From positions 199,805-263,804 of the forward strand of contig CAYVEK010000002.1 of NCBI GenBank assembly GCA_964450605.1: 64,000 bases of DNA, read 5' to 3'. The notes under the pieces were generated by a model, which had not been told where the DNA came from, did not search any database, and saw nothing but the letters and a program-made list of their open reading frames with translations. This document shows, in pieces, positions 8,561 to 18,710 of this stretch. Position 1 is the stretch's first letter. Every line of letters starts with the position of its first letter. Source of the stretch: an uncultured Candidatus Saccharibacteria bacterium. Lineage in GTDB: Bacteria > Patescibacteriota > Minisyncoccia > Phycocordibacterales > CAIZLB01. A program made the translations under genes and the position numbers.

Positions 8561-9433
8561 CTAAAAATGCAAACAGAACAGGCATTTAGCCGTGAAATAT
8601 ACTACATATAATCCCACTATCATAAATGGACCAAACGGTATCTCCGTTCTAAGTCCCAGACTTGGAAATTTTCTTTTTAGATACGCCCCTAGACGACCTT
8701 TAAATATCTGTATGCCCAGTGCATTATTTTTAGATGAAAACGCTGTTATAGCCTCACCAAACAACATACAAGCAACTATAACAACAGTACCTATCCAAAA
8801 TGAGTATACAATTGCAGTAAAGCCGTAAGCCATACCTAACATCCATCCTATAGGTAGTGCAAGCTTTGCGTCACCTAACCCCATCCATCTTCCACCAGAT
8901 ACAAACCATAATAAGGCAAAAGGTAGAGCCATCAGTGGACCTGCTATGAGTGCAGATTGTATAGTTGGACTTGCCATGATTGTTTGATGCGTAGAGAAAG
9001 CTAAAATGATTCTAAGTACAGCTAGACCTCCTGCTGTATATACCAAGCCATCTGGTATTATCTTATGTCTAAAATCATACACAGCTATGCATATAAGCAG
9101 TGCTGCGATGATCCAATCTATACCAATGAGCCAGAATGGTGAAAGTAAATTATGTGTATATATTGCAGTAAACAAAAAAGCTGTGACTATTTCTACTAAA
9201 GGATATTGTACAGATATGCGTGCTTTACACGTACGACACTTACCTTTATACCAAAGATAACTAAAGACAGGCACAAGATCTTTTGCAGACAACTCCCTTC
9301 CGCAGGAGAAACATTTTGATCTACCGCGTGATATAGATAGGCCAGTGTTATATCTATATATAACTACGTTAAGAAAACTTCCTATAAGTAAACCGAAGAT
9401 AAAGATAAATGGAATGTAAAAATTAAAAAACAT
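8561..9433 (-). CDS. pilD: Prepilin (type IV leader) peptidase and N-methyltransferase, A24 family.
   Basis: An N-terminal GSFLNVVIYR segment is followed by two CxxC pairs (CFSCG...CRTCK). There are eight transmembrane helices and a GLGDAKL catalytic motif. Confidence 0.8.
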   Translation of the reverse strand: MFFNFYIPFIFIFGLLIGSFLNVVIYRYNTGLSISRGRSKCFSCGRELSAKDLVPVFSYLWYKGKCRTCKARISVQYPLVEIVTAFLFTAIYTHNLLSPFWLIGIDWIIAALLICIAVYDFRHKIIPDGLVYTAGGLAVLRIILAFSTHQTIMASPTIQSALIAGPLMALPFALLWFVSGGRWMGLGDAKLALPIGWMLGMAYGFTAIVYSFWIGTVVIVACMLFGEAITAFSSKNNALGIQIFKGRLGAYLKRKFPSLGLRTEIPFGPFMIVGLYVVYFTAKCLFCLHF

Positions 9434-9596
9434 ATATTTAGTTATATTGTATCACAACAAATCTTTAACTAGTTATTAGACCAATTAATAACATTACAAT
9501 TATAATGATCGTGAGAAAGCTTGTAATAAATTTTATAGCAGTTGCATCAAGCATGTATAAAGATTATATACGATAGTTTAAAAACCAGCAAAAACA

Positions 9597-9625
9597 AAAG
9601 CCACCCTTTCGGGTGACTTTTGCGA
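9597..9625 (-). terminator. Rho-independent terminator downstream of the 9659..11461 gene.
   Basis: On the minus strand the hairpin GTCACCC-GAAA-GGGTGGC is followed by TTTTGTTTTT. Confidence 0.6.
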
Positions 9626-9658
9626 TTTGATAGCAACCTTCGTTACTATACCAGTCCA

Positions 9659-11461
9659 TTATGGAAGGTATGTAAGTGTTGTTGTATCAAGAGCTTCGAA
9701 TCCTGCGAACTGTGTTTGTGCAGATCCGCCTGTAGGTGTCCACTGGATACCTCGAACTCGAGCCTTGTAAGTAGCTCCTGAAGTTAGAAGAGCTGCTGGG
9801 AATGCTGCTGTAATCTCGAAGTTCTTAACAGCGCCTTTAGCAACTGTTGTAAGACCACTTTCTGCGAATACTGCTGCTGTTGTTGTTCCAACAACTGCTC
9901 CTGAAGCAACGTTTACTAGGTCAATTGTTGATGAAGCTGAAGCGTTGATGTTTCCACCTAGTGCTGTCAGACTTAGAACGAATTTAGCCTGGAATCCTGT
10001 TACTACAGAGTTTGTTCCTGTCTGTCGCTCAAGTGATGAAGAAACTTTTCCGAATCGTGGTACAGCTGGAGCAAAGTATGCCCATACAGTTGTTCCTGGG
10101 ATTAGAGATGACTGTGAGGCGATACCTGTTGAGCCATTTGGTTTCTCATACATAACTTGTGCAACTCGTGTAGATACAACTGTTCCTGAAGTTGTGTTTG
10201 CAGGAAGGTCAGCCTTGATTGAGAATGTTTTGATTGTATCTACTGGAACTGTAACATTGTAGTTTGTAAGATCGAATGTTACTGAACCTGAAGCTGTTGT
10301 TGAAGCTACAACTGATCGAGCGTCGATCATTGTTGATCCATCGTATAGGTATACGTTTGAAGGAAGTGTTCCACCTGTTCCGTTTGCTCCGGCTGCAGAT
10401 AGAAGTCCTGTGTTAACGGCTACTGTTACAGATGTAAGTTTTGATACTCCTGTCTTTGACTCAACTGCGAATGTAGAAGTAAGAACTTTTTCAGCTCCGT
10501 TTCCTGTTGTATTAACATCGTAGTTTGTAGAGTAAAGAGTTGTAGCATCATCCTGTGCTGTCATAGTAGATGTACCTGGTTTCTTGAATGTGTGTGTTCG
10601 AGAGTCAGATAGTGCGTTGTAACTACTGATTCCTCGTCCATCAACTGTTCGGATACCTGATGTACCATAAACATTGAATCGTACGTATCGGTCTGAGTCA
10701 ATTGAGTTTGAGTTTACAGAAACTGTCAATGTCTTGATAGTATCTTTAGCAACTTTAACTCCTAGACCAGAGATCTGTACGTAATACTTGTTAGGTGTAA
10801 CTGAAGTATCTCGTGAGAATGTTGATGAATTAACTGGGATTGTAGCTAGAACTGTTGATCCATCTTTAACTGTTACAGTATTGATCAAAGTTGAAGGGTT
10901 CTCCTGTGATGTAAATGTGTTTGATGTATCTACAGCAACTTCAAGGTTAACTCGCTCTACCATGATGTCTGACTGCTTAGCTTTGAACTCAACAGCGTAA
11001 ACATTAACATCTGAGTTAGATGTAACGTTTGGATTGTTAACAACTACTGGTGATACTCGAACCTCAGCAAATCCCTCTGAACCTACTAGAACATTATTAT
11101 TGTTCTGGTTATTGTTCTGGTTATTATTTCCTTGGTTATTGTTCTGGTTGTTGTTTCCCTGGTTATCATCAGCAGGACCTGCGTTTAGAACTTCTCGAGT
11201 CATAGGACCAACAAATCCTGTTCCTGGAAGATCATTAGCAAGCTGGAAGGCTACAACAGCTTTCTTTGTGATTGAACCAAAGTAACCTGTAGCGTTTCCA
11301 TTAAAGAATCCAGCGTCAGCTAGGTATTCTTGTAGAGCCTTAACATCGGCATTTTTCATACCCATCTTAAGGTTTTTGTTAAACATATAACCTTCTGCTA
11401 CTACACTTACTGAAAAAGCAAGTGCTAGAGCGAAGATTGATGTTGCAAGTAATTTTTTCAT
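9659..11461 (-). CDS. Secreted 600-aa surface protein. It has a signal peptide, an N-terminal peptidoglycan-binding (PG_binding_1-like) domain, an NNQGNN repeat, and a long Thr/Ser/Val-rich beta region.
   Basis: Signal MKKLLATSIFALALAFSVSVVA. Domain signature VKALQEYLADAGFF...GYFGSITKKAVVAFQ...LPGTGFVGPMT. An 18-bp tandem coding repeat lies at 11090-11180. Confidence 0.75.
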   Translation of the reverse strand: MKKLLATSIFALALAFSVSVVAEGYMFNKNLKMGMKNADVKALQEYLADAGFFNGNATGYFGSITKKAVVAFQLANDLPGTGFVGPMTREVLNAGPADDNQGNNNQNNNQGNNNQNNNQNNNNVLVGSEGFAEVRVSPVVVNNPNVTSNSDVNVYAVEFKAKQSDIMVERVNLEVAVDTSNTFTSQENPSTLINTVTVKDGSTVLATIPVNSSTFSRDTSVTPNKYYVQISGLGVKVAKDTIKTLTVSVNSNSIDSDRYVRFNVYGTSGIRTVDGRGISSYNALSDSRTHTFKKPGTSTMTAQDDATTLYSTNYDVNTTGNGAEKVLTSTFAVESKTGVSKLTSVTVAVNTGLLSAAGANGTGGTLPSNVYLYDGSTMIDARSVVASTTASGSVTFDLTNYNVTVPVDTIKTFSIKADLPANTTSGTVVSTRVAQVMYEKPNGSTGIASQSSLIPGTTVWAYFAPAVPRFGKVSSSLERQTGTNSVVTGFQAKFVLSLTALGGNINASASSTIDLVNVASGAVVGTTTAAVFAESGLTTVAKGAVKNFEITAAFPAALLTSGATYKARVRGIQWTPTGGSAQTQFAGFEALDTTTLTYLP

Positions 11462-11716
11462 AATTTGATTTAAAATATAAGAACTGTGTTTTTTGTGTCT
11501 GAGTTATTAATAATTAAGTTTATAAGTCCAGACCACAATTCTCGGGCTAAATCTTTGCGAACCCGTCTTGAATATCGGAGTCTACCTCAAGGCTGACCTA
11601 ATATACAAAACGGACTCGAAAGGCGTAACCTGTACCCATCTAAACGGGTACATAAAGGCTATATTACACTATTTCGGTCCGAATTACCAGTCCTTAAGAC
11701 TAGATCAAGCGGAAAT

Positions 11717-11749
11717 ACACAAAAACCCCTTTTTTAGGGGTTTTTGTGT
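11717..11749 (-). terminator. Rho-independent, probably bidirectional terminator downstream of the 11777..12481 gene.
   Basis: Perfect inverted repeat ACACAAAAACCCC / GGGGTTTTTGTGT flanked by T-runs. Confidence 0.6.
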
Positions 11750-11776
11750 ATTTAAACGATATGTCCTTTAAATAGA

Positions 11777-12481
11777 CTACTTTAGCGAGTATTTACTCCA
11801 CCGTCTTTCGCCTGACTTTTTAAGTGTCCCAGAAAGTACCAGAGATGTGAGCTCTCTTTGTATGGTTTTTGAACTACAACCTTGTATTTCATCAATAAAT
11901 TCGTTTATGGTGACCTGTCCTTTAACCTTAACTATCTCCAAAATACGCTTTCTTCGTGAACCTATATCGGAACCCAGATTCTGAGACCCTGTTTCGACCG
12001 TAGTCACTTTTTTACCAACTACCGGTGTTACATTTTTTTTGTAAAGGACGGGTGTGTGGGTATTTTCTTTTATTTGAGATCTACCAAAATCCTTTTCTGG
12101 AACATAAGAGACACCGGCTGGTTCATCTTTCACCTCAGCAAGGTTTTCTAAGACATTGGCAACTATCGATTTTTTATCTGTATCATTTTTAGGAATATTT
12201 GTGATAAGTGCTTTGAGCAGTAAATCTGCATTCATTTCAGAAACAGCATTTGTTTCTTTGGCTATTTTTATAAGACTTGTGAGTTGTCTTATTTTAAGAT
12301 CTTTGTGTCCATTATCTTCAGATAGAATTAATTCAATTGAAAGTGTTCTGAGAGACTGTCTGATAGGGTCATTTTTATCGATAAGATCAGTAACCAGATA
12401 CAAGGCCTTCGAGATTGCCTCAAGAGGCACCTGTCTTTGAATCTGAAGTTCTTGTTTTTTTGTTTCCAGTAGTGTGTCCAT
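11777..12481 (-). CDS. Transcriptional regulator with a C-terminal winged helix-turn-helix, DeoR/HrcA-like.
   Basis: C-terminal sequence RRKRILEIVKVKGQVTINEFIDEIQGCSSKTIQRELTSLVLSGTLKK. The start was moved to the internal ATG at 12481 (MDTLLETKK...). The track start at 12571 would overlap ftsK by 66 bp. Confidence 0.55.
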   Translation of the reverse strand: MDTLLETKKQELQIQRQVPLEAISKALYLVTDLIDKNDPIRQSLRTLSIELILSEDNGHKDLKIRQLTSLIKIAKETNAVSEMNADLLLKALITNIPKNDTDKKSIVANVLENLAEVKDEPAGVSYVPEKDFGRSQIKENTHTPVLYKKNVTPVVGKKVTTVETGSQNLGSDIGSRRKRILEIVKVKGQVTINEFIDEIQGCSSKTIQRELTSLVLSGTLKKSGERRWSKYSLK

Positions 12482-12505
12482 TAACTGACAGTATATATAA
12501 GACAA

Positions 12506-14938
12506 GTGAAAAAGCAAGATGAAAAAAGCTCCTATGATAAAATAAGACATATGTCCAAAAAGAATGTACAACCCAAGAAAAAAAATTCCAAAAAAGAGAC
12601 TGTCTCTGATGAACCTAAAAGCCTTTCTATATCTAGATATATACGAGGCATGACTCCAAATGTCTTACCTCAAGACCGCTATGTAAAGAACACTGTTCTG
12701 ACACTTGTCTTTTTCGTACTTTGTTTGTTCTTTATATTAGCCTCACTTCGATTGGGTGGTAACTTAGGTAATACTATATATACATGGTTCCATGGGCTAT
12801 TAGGATATGGCTATTTTGTTCTACCCTTTCTGTTTGCTATACAGGCCTACTTCTATAGTATCCACAAAGAAACGAGTTCTCTAGCTAAGACAAAGATCTT
12901 CTTCTCATTAACCCTTTTGTTATCTGTTCTTGGAACACTTGAGATAACAAGCGCTGAGGCAGGAGGAAAACTGGGCCAGTGGGTATCAGTACCACTACTA
13001 AGTCTATTTGATAAAACTTTGAGTTATATAGTACTTGTTGCAGTGCTTCTAATATCGCTGGTTGTACTATTCGAATTCTCAATAGGAAAGAAGAAGAATT
13101 CTTCAGAGGAGTCTACGGAAGAAGCTGGTTCAGAATTAGAGGTGTTGAAACCGAACAAAAAGATGCGAATCGAAGGTGTCATATCTGACGATGAAGAGGA
13201 TGTAAAAGACACAAAAAACAAATCAAAGACATATTCCGAGGATGCTGTTGATGTAAAAGACACTATAAAGGACACAGATAAAAACCTTATAAATAAAGCT
13301 CAAAATAAAAATAGCTCTTCTGAGTCTGAAAAAGATGAGAGTGAGGATTTGCTACAGGTTAGTCGAAAATCTCTACTTATCGGCAAACCCTACGTTCCGC
13401 CTGCTCTATCACTTCTTGAAAGAGATAAAGGTAAACCTGAGGTTGGAGATATTAAAGCTAACGCGAATATTATAAAACGAACACTGCAGAACTTTGGAGT
13501 TCAGGTTGAGATGGATGAAATATCAGTAGGTCCATCAGTTACAAGGTACGCTATGAAGCCTGCCGAAGGTGTAAAATTGTCAAAAATCTTAGGTCTTCAA
13601 AACAACCTATCTCTCGCCCTTGCAGCGCATCCAATACGAATAGAGGCACCTATTCCAGGCAAATCTCTTGTTGGTATAGAAGTTCCAAATACCACAAAAA
13701 CAGTGGTTGGACTTGGAACACTTCTAGGCTCAGACGAATTCCAAAAATCTCCTGACCCACTACTTATAGCGCTCGGTAAAGGAGTATCTGGAAAGTTGTA
13801 TTATGAAAACCTAGCAAAGATGCCTCACTTACTCATAGCCGGTACAACTGGTTCTGGAAAATCTGTAATGATACACAACCTTATCACTTCCCTTTTGTAC
13901 AAAAATTCACCAGACAATCTTCGATTTATTTTCATTGACCCTAAGCGTGTTGAGCTTACTTTGTACAACAAAATTCCTCACCTACTTACACCGGTTATTA
14001 CAGATCCAAAGAAGGCCATACTTTCACTAAAGTGGGCGGCTAAAGAAATGACACGTCGATACGACATTCTTGAAAAACATTCTGTTCGAGATATAGATTC
14101 ATATCATAAAAATGTATTAATGCCCGCACTTGAAGCGGCACGAAAAGACAGTGGTAAAAAACCAGAAGAAGCTGATGAGTTAAGTGAGACGTTGCCAGAC
14201 ACAATGCCATATATAGTAGTAGTTATCGATGAGCTTGCAGATATCATGCAAACATATCCACGAGAACTTGAGGCGGGTATTGTAAAGCTTGCACAGATGA
14301 GTCGAGCTGTCGGTATACACCTAGTACTTTCAACACAACGACCTTCCGTAAATGTGATTACAGGTCTTATTAAAGCAAACATCCCTTCACGAATGGCTCT
14401 TCAAGTAGCATCTCAGATTGATTCACGTACAATACTTGATACAAGAGGTGCTGAAGAATTGCTTGGACGTGGAGATATGTTGTATATGACAGGAAGAATG
14501 CCGAATCCACAACGTGTTCAGTCTCCAAACATAACAGAAACGGAAACAAAAAAGATAGTAAAACACCTTATAGACAATATGGAGTATATTCCCGACACAA
14601 TCGCCCTTACCCCTCAAGATCAAGAGCAGGCTGGTACACATGCCATATTCTCATCAAACATGGGAGACAGTATGGATGATGAAGCAGATGATGATCTGTA
14701 TGAAGATGCAAAAATGGCCGTTATAGAGGCCAAGAAGGCTTCTACCTCCTATCTACAAAGAAAGTTACGTGTAGGTTATTCTCGAGCAGCTCGACTTATA
14801 GACATACTAGAATCTAAGGGCATTATTGGACCAGCAGATGGATCAAAGCCTCGTGAAGTTTTGGTTGGCCGAGATGGTGGCCCTGCCGGAGAGCAGTCTA
14901 CAGATGAAAACGATGACTCAGCAGAACGTGTGGTGTAG
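12506..14938 (+). CDS. ftsK: DNA translocase FtsK/SpoIIIE.
   Basis: N-terminal transmembrane segments and a PT/K/E-rich linker. Walker A motif LLIAGTTGSGKSVMIHNLI and Walker B VVVIDELADI. C-terminal gamma wHTH domain (YLQRKLRVGYSRAARLIDILE). An alternative ATG start lies at 12551. Confidence 0.9.
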   Translation: MKKQDEKSSYDKIRHMSKKNVQPKKKNSKKETVSDEPKSLSISRYIRGMTPNVLPQDRYVKNTVLTLVFFVLCLFFILASLRLGGNLGNTIYTWFHGLLGYGYFVLPFLFAIQAYFYSIHKETSSLAKTKIFFSLTLLLSVLGTLEITSAEAGGKLGQWVSVPLLSLFDKTLSYIVLVAVLLISLVVLFEFSIGKKKNSSEESTEEAGSELEVLKPNKKMRIEGVISDDEEDVKDTKNKSKTYSEDAVDVKDTIKDTDKNLINKAQNKNSSSESEKDESEDLLQVSRKSLLIGKPYVPPALSLLERDKGKPEVGDIKANANIIKRTLQNFGVQVEMDEISVGPSVTRYAMKPAEGVKLSKILGLQNNLSLALAAHPIRIEAPIPGKSLVGIEVPNTTKTVVGLGTLLGSDEFQKSPDPLLIALGKGVSGKLYYENLAKMPHLLIAGTTGSGKSVMIHNLITSLLYKNSPDNLRFIFIDPKRVELTLYNKIPHLLTPVITDPKKAILSLKWAAKEMTRRYDILEKHSVRDIDSYHKNVLMPALEAARKDSGKKPEEADELSETLPDTMPYIVVVIDELADIMQTYPRELEAGIVKLAQMSRAVGIHLVLSTQRPSVNVITGLIKANIPSRMALQVASQIDSRTILDTRGAEELLGRGDMLYMTGRMPNPQRVQSPNITETETKKIVKHLIDNMEYIPDTIALTPQDQEQAGTHAIFSSNMGDSMDDEADDDLYEDAKMAVIEAKKASTSYLQRKLRVGYSRAARLIDILESKGIIGPADGSKPREVLVGRDGGPAGEQSTDENDDSAERVV

Positions 14939-14991
14939 TTCAGTAAAACTTTATCAAAACTTAAGAAAATCTTTAATAACAAAAGTATATT

Positions 14992-15360
14992 ATGACACTG
15001 GGATACACAGATGGAAAAACTAAGCTTAAAATCATTTTTTTCACATTATGTGCGTTTTGTATAGTATCCCTTACTGCATACGAATTCAGGAAAGTTTGGA
15101 AAGGACCTGATATTTCACTAAGTTGTGGTAGCTGTGTGGGGCTAATAAGTGAATCTGGTTCTTACAAAATCTCAGGCAAAACCCAAAATATCGCAGAAAT
15201 CTTCCTTGGTAGCAAAAAGATATATGTCAATTCTAATGGGGATTTCGAACAGTCAGTACTTCTCTACCCTGGTGAGAACCTCATATCTCTTCATGCTAAA
15301 GATAGATTTGGCAAAGAAGTCAAGAAAGATATCGCGGTATACTATAAACATAATAAATAA
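14992..15360 (+). CDS. Small membrane-anchored hypothetical protein, 122 aa.
   Basis: ORF track. N-terminal hydrophobic anchor IIFFTLCAFCIVSLTAY. Confidence 0.5.
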   Translation: MTLGYTDGKTKLKIIFFTLCAFCIVSLTAYEFRKVWKGPDISLSCGSCVGLISESGSYKISGKTQNIAEIFLGSKKIYVNSNGDFEQSVLLYPGENLISLHAKDRFGKEVKKDIAVYYKHNK

Positions 15361-15378
15361 ACTTAAAAACATCACAGT

Positions 15379-16494
15379 ATGATAAAGAAAAAACCAGCAA
15401 AATCAAAAAAAGATGAACTTGACGAAGAGCTTAACGAGGTTGAAGAAAATGAATCTCTTGAGGATGAAGAATCTTCTCTCGGTTCTAAAAAAGGTAAAGG
15501 ATCTAAGAAAGATGATATAACAAGTAATATAAGTGACACTATTGCTGAGATTAAAAGTCGATTCGGAGATGAATCTATAATGAAACTTGGTGAAAAACCT
15601 AAAGTTGACGTAGACGTCATTCCTACCGGATCTATAGGTTTGGATGCAGCACTTGGAGTTGGAGGAGTTCCTCGTGGACGTATTATCGAGATATTTGGAC
15701 CAGAATCTTCTGGTAAAACCACTCTCGCACTTCATATCATTGCTGAAGCTCAAAAGAAAAATGGTGTATGTGCGTATATAGATGCTGAGCACGCTATGGA
15801 TCCTGATTATGCACGACGACTCGGAGTGAATATAAACAACCTTCTTATTTCACAACCAGACGCTGGTGAGCAAGCTCTTGAGATCACAGAGAGTCTTGTG
15901 CGAAGTGGAAAAATAGATGTCATAGTTGTTGACTCTGTTGCAGCACTTACCCCAAAAGACGAGATCGAGGGAGATATGGGAGCCCAGCATGTTGGAAAGC
16001 AGGCTCGACTTATGTCTCAAGCGCTCCGAAAGCTTACTGCCATAGTCGCCAAGAGTAAAACAGTTGTTATATTTATTAACCAGATTCGTATGCAGATAGG
16101 AGTAATGTTTGGAAACCCAGAAACAACTCCAGGAGGAAAAGCTCTAAAGTTTTACACATCTATACGACTCGATATACGACGTATCGCCCAAATAAAAAAA
16201 GGAGAAGAGGTTATGGGCGGACGTGTGCGAGTAAAAGTTGTTAAAAACAAAGTTGCTGCACCTTTCAAACAGACAGAGTTTGATCTTATGTATAACGAAG
16301 GTATTTCTCTTGAAGGTGAGATGCTCGCGCTCGGAGAACGTATGGATATCATAAGTAAAACAGGTTCTTCATATTCATATGGAGACGTTAAGCTGGGACG
16401 AGGATACGACGCAACACGACAGTTTTTAAAAGAAAATAAAGATCTCAAAAATGAGATCCTAAAGCAGATACGATCAAAGTTAAAGGAAGCTTAG
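15379..16494 (+). CDS. recA: Recombinase RecA with an unusual roughly 45-aa K/E/D-rich N-terminal extension.
   Basis: Walker A motif [12 protein letters not shown]. Conserved motifs [16 protein letters not shown] and FINQIR. Identity is unambiguous. Confidence 0.95.
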   Translation: MIKKKPAKSKKDELDEELNEVEENESLEDEESSLGSKKGKGSKKDDITSNISDTIAEIKSRFGDESIMKLGEKPKVDVDVIPTGSIGLDAALGVGGVPRGRIIEIFGPESSGKTTLALHIIAEAQKKNGVCAYIDAEHAMDPDYARRLGVNINNLLISQPDAGEQALEITESLVRSGKIDVIVVDSVAALTPKDEIEGDMGAQHVGKQARLMSQALRKLTAIVAKSKTVVIFINQIRMQIGVMFGNPETTPGGKALKFYTSIRLDIRRIAQIKKGEEVMGGRVRVKVVKNKVAAPFKQTEFDLMYNEGISLEGEMLALGERMDIISKTGSSYSYGDVKLGRGYDATRQFLKENKDLKNEILKQIRSKLKEA

Positions 16495-16504
16495 TTACTA
16501 CCAC

Positions 16505-16540
16505 AAAACAAAAACACCTCACATGAGGTGTTTTTGTTTT
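16505..16540. terminator. Bidirectional rho-independent terminator between recA (+) and rpsR (-).
   Basis: AAAACACCTCA-CAT-GAGGTGTTTTTGTTTT. Confidence 0.65.
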
Positions 16541-16557
16541 ACATACTACTGTATTCC

Positions 16558-16764
16558 CTAGTTGTTATTTATATAAGGAAGCAAAGCCATGAATCGCGCC
16601 CGCTTGATAGCAAGACCAAGATTTCGCTGATGTTTTGCAGTTACACCAGATCGTTTTCGTGAAATAATTCGTCCGTATTTATTGATGAACTTTTTCAAGA
16701 TCTGAGTATCTTTGTAGTCAATATGTTTTATATTGTTTTCAGTGAAATAACACTTTTTTGACAT
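16558..16764 (-). CDS. rpsR: 30S ribosomal protein S18.
   Basis: 68 aa. Conserved core KFINKYGRIISRKRSGVTAKHQRNLGLAIKRARFMALLPY. Confidence 0.9.
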   Translation of the reverse strand: MSKKCYFTENNIKHIDYKDTQILKKFINKYGRIISRKRSGVTAKHQRNLGLAIKRARFMALLPYINNN

Positions 16765-16799
16765 ACGGTTTTTAAAAATTAATGAATAATATGTACAAA

Positions 16800-17261
16800 T
16801 TAGAACGGTATATCCTCAGGATTTATATCCTCGTCTGGGTATTTAACCTCACCAGAATCTCGTGACTCCCCTGGCATAGGACTTGCATCCTGTGAGCCTG
16901 GAATATCTCGCGCTTCTGTTGAAGAACCTGCCCCGCCTCTTGGTCCGAACTGGAAGTTTTCAAGAACAATCTCTGTTCTATACTGTTTCTTACCATCTTG
17001 TCCGTCCCATGATCGAGTTTGAATTCGTCCTTCTAGATATATAGGGTTACCTTTCTTTAGATACTGGTTTATAACCTCAGCCTGCTTTCCAAAAGCAACT
17101 ACATTGTGATATTCAGGTACATCTTTTTTTGCCCCTGAAGCATCTTTTGTAGATCTGTTTGTCGCAACACTGAACGAACTTACATGCATACCTGATGGTA
17201 GTGATTTAAGTTCAGGATCTTTAGTAAGATTTCCGTATAACGTTACTTTGTTTATGTACAT
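16800..17261 (-). CDS. ssb: Single-stranded DNA-binding protein.
   Basis: OB-fold core followed by a Gly/acidic tail ending DEDINPEDIPF. Confidence 0.9.
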   Translation of the reverse strand: MYINKVTLYGNLTKDPELKSLPSGMHVSSFSVATNRSTKDASGAKKDVPEYHNVVAFGKQAEVINQYLKKGNPIYLEGRIQTRSWDGQDGKKQYRTEIVLENFQFGPRGGAGSSTEARDIPGSQDASPMPGESRDSGEVKYPDEDINPEDIPF

Positions 17262-17347
17262 AATGTGTTTTTGTTTAGCTTAATAATGGTATGTCTTAAC
17301 CTTACAAAAGGCGCACAACATACACGCGGAAACTAAAACATGTAGAA

Positions 17348-17821
17348 CTATTCTGCGTCTACAACCTCTTCAGTATCAACTACTACAGGGGCTATATCAG
17401 CTTTTGGCGCATCTTCACCTTCTTCGCTTTCATTGGCAAGGAGATCTTTAGAAACCATAGTATCTTCTGCAACTGTTTTAACGAAGATATATCGAAGAGT
17501 TGAATCCAACTCTTTCACATATTTCTCAACAGAGGCAAGAGCACTTGCTTCTAACTGAAACTTAACCCAGCCAAAGTACGCGGTTTCATACCACTTCTTC
17601 TGAGCCTTGATAGTCTTTGGAATCTCATACGCAAGTGTAAAGAGTCGAGGAGCAGATTCTCCGATGAATTCACCGTTTGCTTTCTCTATCTGTGACTTGA
17701 TTTTTGAAAATTCTATCTGGACATCGGCCTCAGAAAGGGTTGGAAGGAGATGAATACCTAATTCATACACCTTGAAGCCTTCCTTTGTGCTTTCATTTAT
17801 TATTTCGGTCATGGAGAACAC
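17348..17821 (-). CDS. rpsF: 30S ribosomal protein S6 with an acidic C-terminal tail.
   Basis: S6-like core. It forms the conserved rpsF-ssb-rpsR gene order. Confidence 0.8.
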   Translation of the reverse strand: MFSMTEIINESTKEGFKVYELGIHLLPTLSEADVQIEFSKIKSQIEKANGEFIGESAPRLFTLAYEIPKTIKAQKKWYETAYFGWVKFQLEASALASVEKYVKELDSTLRYIFVKTVAEDTMVSKDLLANESEEGEDAPKADIAPVVVDTEEVVDAE

Positions 17822-17861
17822 TTTAGCACAAAGTCCAAAAAAACGCCAGTTTTAAGGCTTT

Positions 17862-18710
17862 TTATGACTTTAGCCAGTACTTACGAGCATTTTCAGCAAA
17901 AGTGTTTACAACCTCCTCCAAAGGTACGTTTTTGATCTCTGCTATCTTTTTATATATTTCTATAACAAATAAGGGATTATTTCGATTTCCTCGATGCGGT
18001 GTCGGTGCCACATAAGGACTGTCAGTCTCTGCAAACATACGATCAAGTGGAACAAAATCCACAAGCTCTCTGTATTGTTCTGCAAATGTAATAACTCCTG
18101 TAAAAGATACACTAAAACCGAGATCTAGAAATGCCTGAGCCTCTTCTTTTGTTCCTGCGAAAAAGTGGGCATTTCCCCTGTATTGTAACGGTTGATTGTT
18201 AAATTTTTCCTGAAGAATCGATAAAGTTTTACCATAGGAAGCTCGAACATGAAGCATGAGCGGTTTATTGTACTTTATAGATAAATCTATTTGATGCCTG
18301 AAAATTCGTTCTTGTACAGCTAAATCTTCTTCTGTAAGTTTCTCTTCCCCTCTCTCAAAATAATCGAGTCCGCATTCACCAATGCCGACAATAAAACTCT
18401 GATGATCGACTAAAAAATCTGCTGTGAAAAAATTTTCTAGCTTTTCTGAATCGTCTTCTGTTGCATGAAGTGGATGGGTACCTACAGTAGCCCACAAAGA
18501 TCCTGGATGTTGTTGTGCTAGTTGTATAGCCTGTTCAGAAGTTTCAACTGTTGTCCCCACGTTTATAGCAACCACATTCTGCTCTTTCATCTGGGCAATA
18601 ATCTCATCTCGATCTTCATCGAAGTCTTTGAAGTTTAGATGTGCATGTAGATCGATGTAGGGGTTGTTCATATATTTAGAATACTTCATTATGATGAAGT
18701 AATTTTGCAA
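17862..18710 (-). CDS. tatD: TatD-family metal-dependent hydrolase/DNase.
   Basis: IDLHAHL motif and the TatD amidohydrolase signature. The track start overlaps metG by 35 bp, so the true start is probably an internal Met. Confidence 0.8.
   Translation of the reverse strand: MQNYFIIMKYSKYMNNPYIDLHAHLNFKDFDEDRDEIIAQMKEQNVVAINVGTTVETSEQAIQLAQQHPGSLWATVGTHPLHATEDDSEKLENFFTADFLVDHQSFIVGIGECGLDYFERGEEKLTEEDLAVQERIFRHQIDLSIKYNKPLMLHVRASYGKTLSILQEKFNNQPLQYRGNAHFFAGTKEEAQAFLDLGFSVSFTGVITFAEQYRELVDFVPLDRMFAETDSPYVAPTPHRGNRNNPLFVIEIYKKIAEIKNVPLEEVVNTFAENARKYWLKS

Noticed and set aside
11034-11285. Plus-strand ORF encoding LLFWLLFWLLFPWLLFW...
   Set aside because: It is the antisense reading of the NNQGNN 18-bp coding repeat inside the 9659..11461 gene, so it is a frame artefact.
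12482-12571. N-terminal 30 codons of the track ORF 11777..12571 (MYILFGHMSYFIIGAFF...).
   Set aside because: This stretch overlaps ftsK by 66 bp and is hydrophobic junk. The internal ATG at 12481 gives a sensible start for the wHTH regulator.
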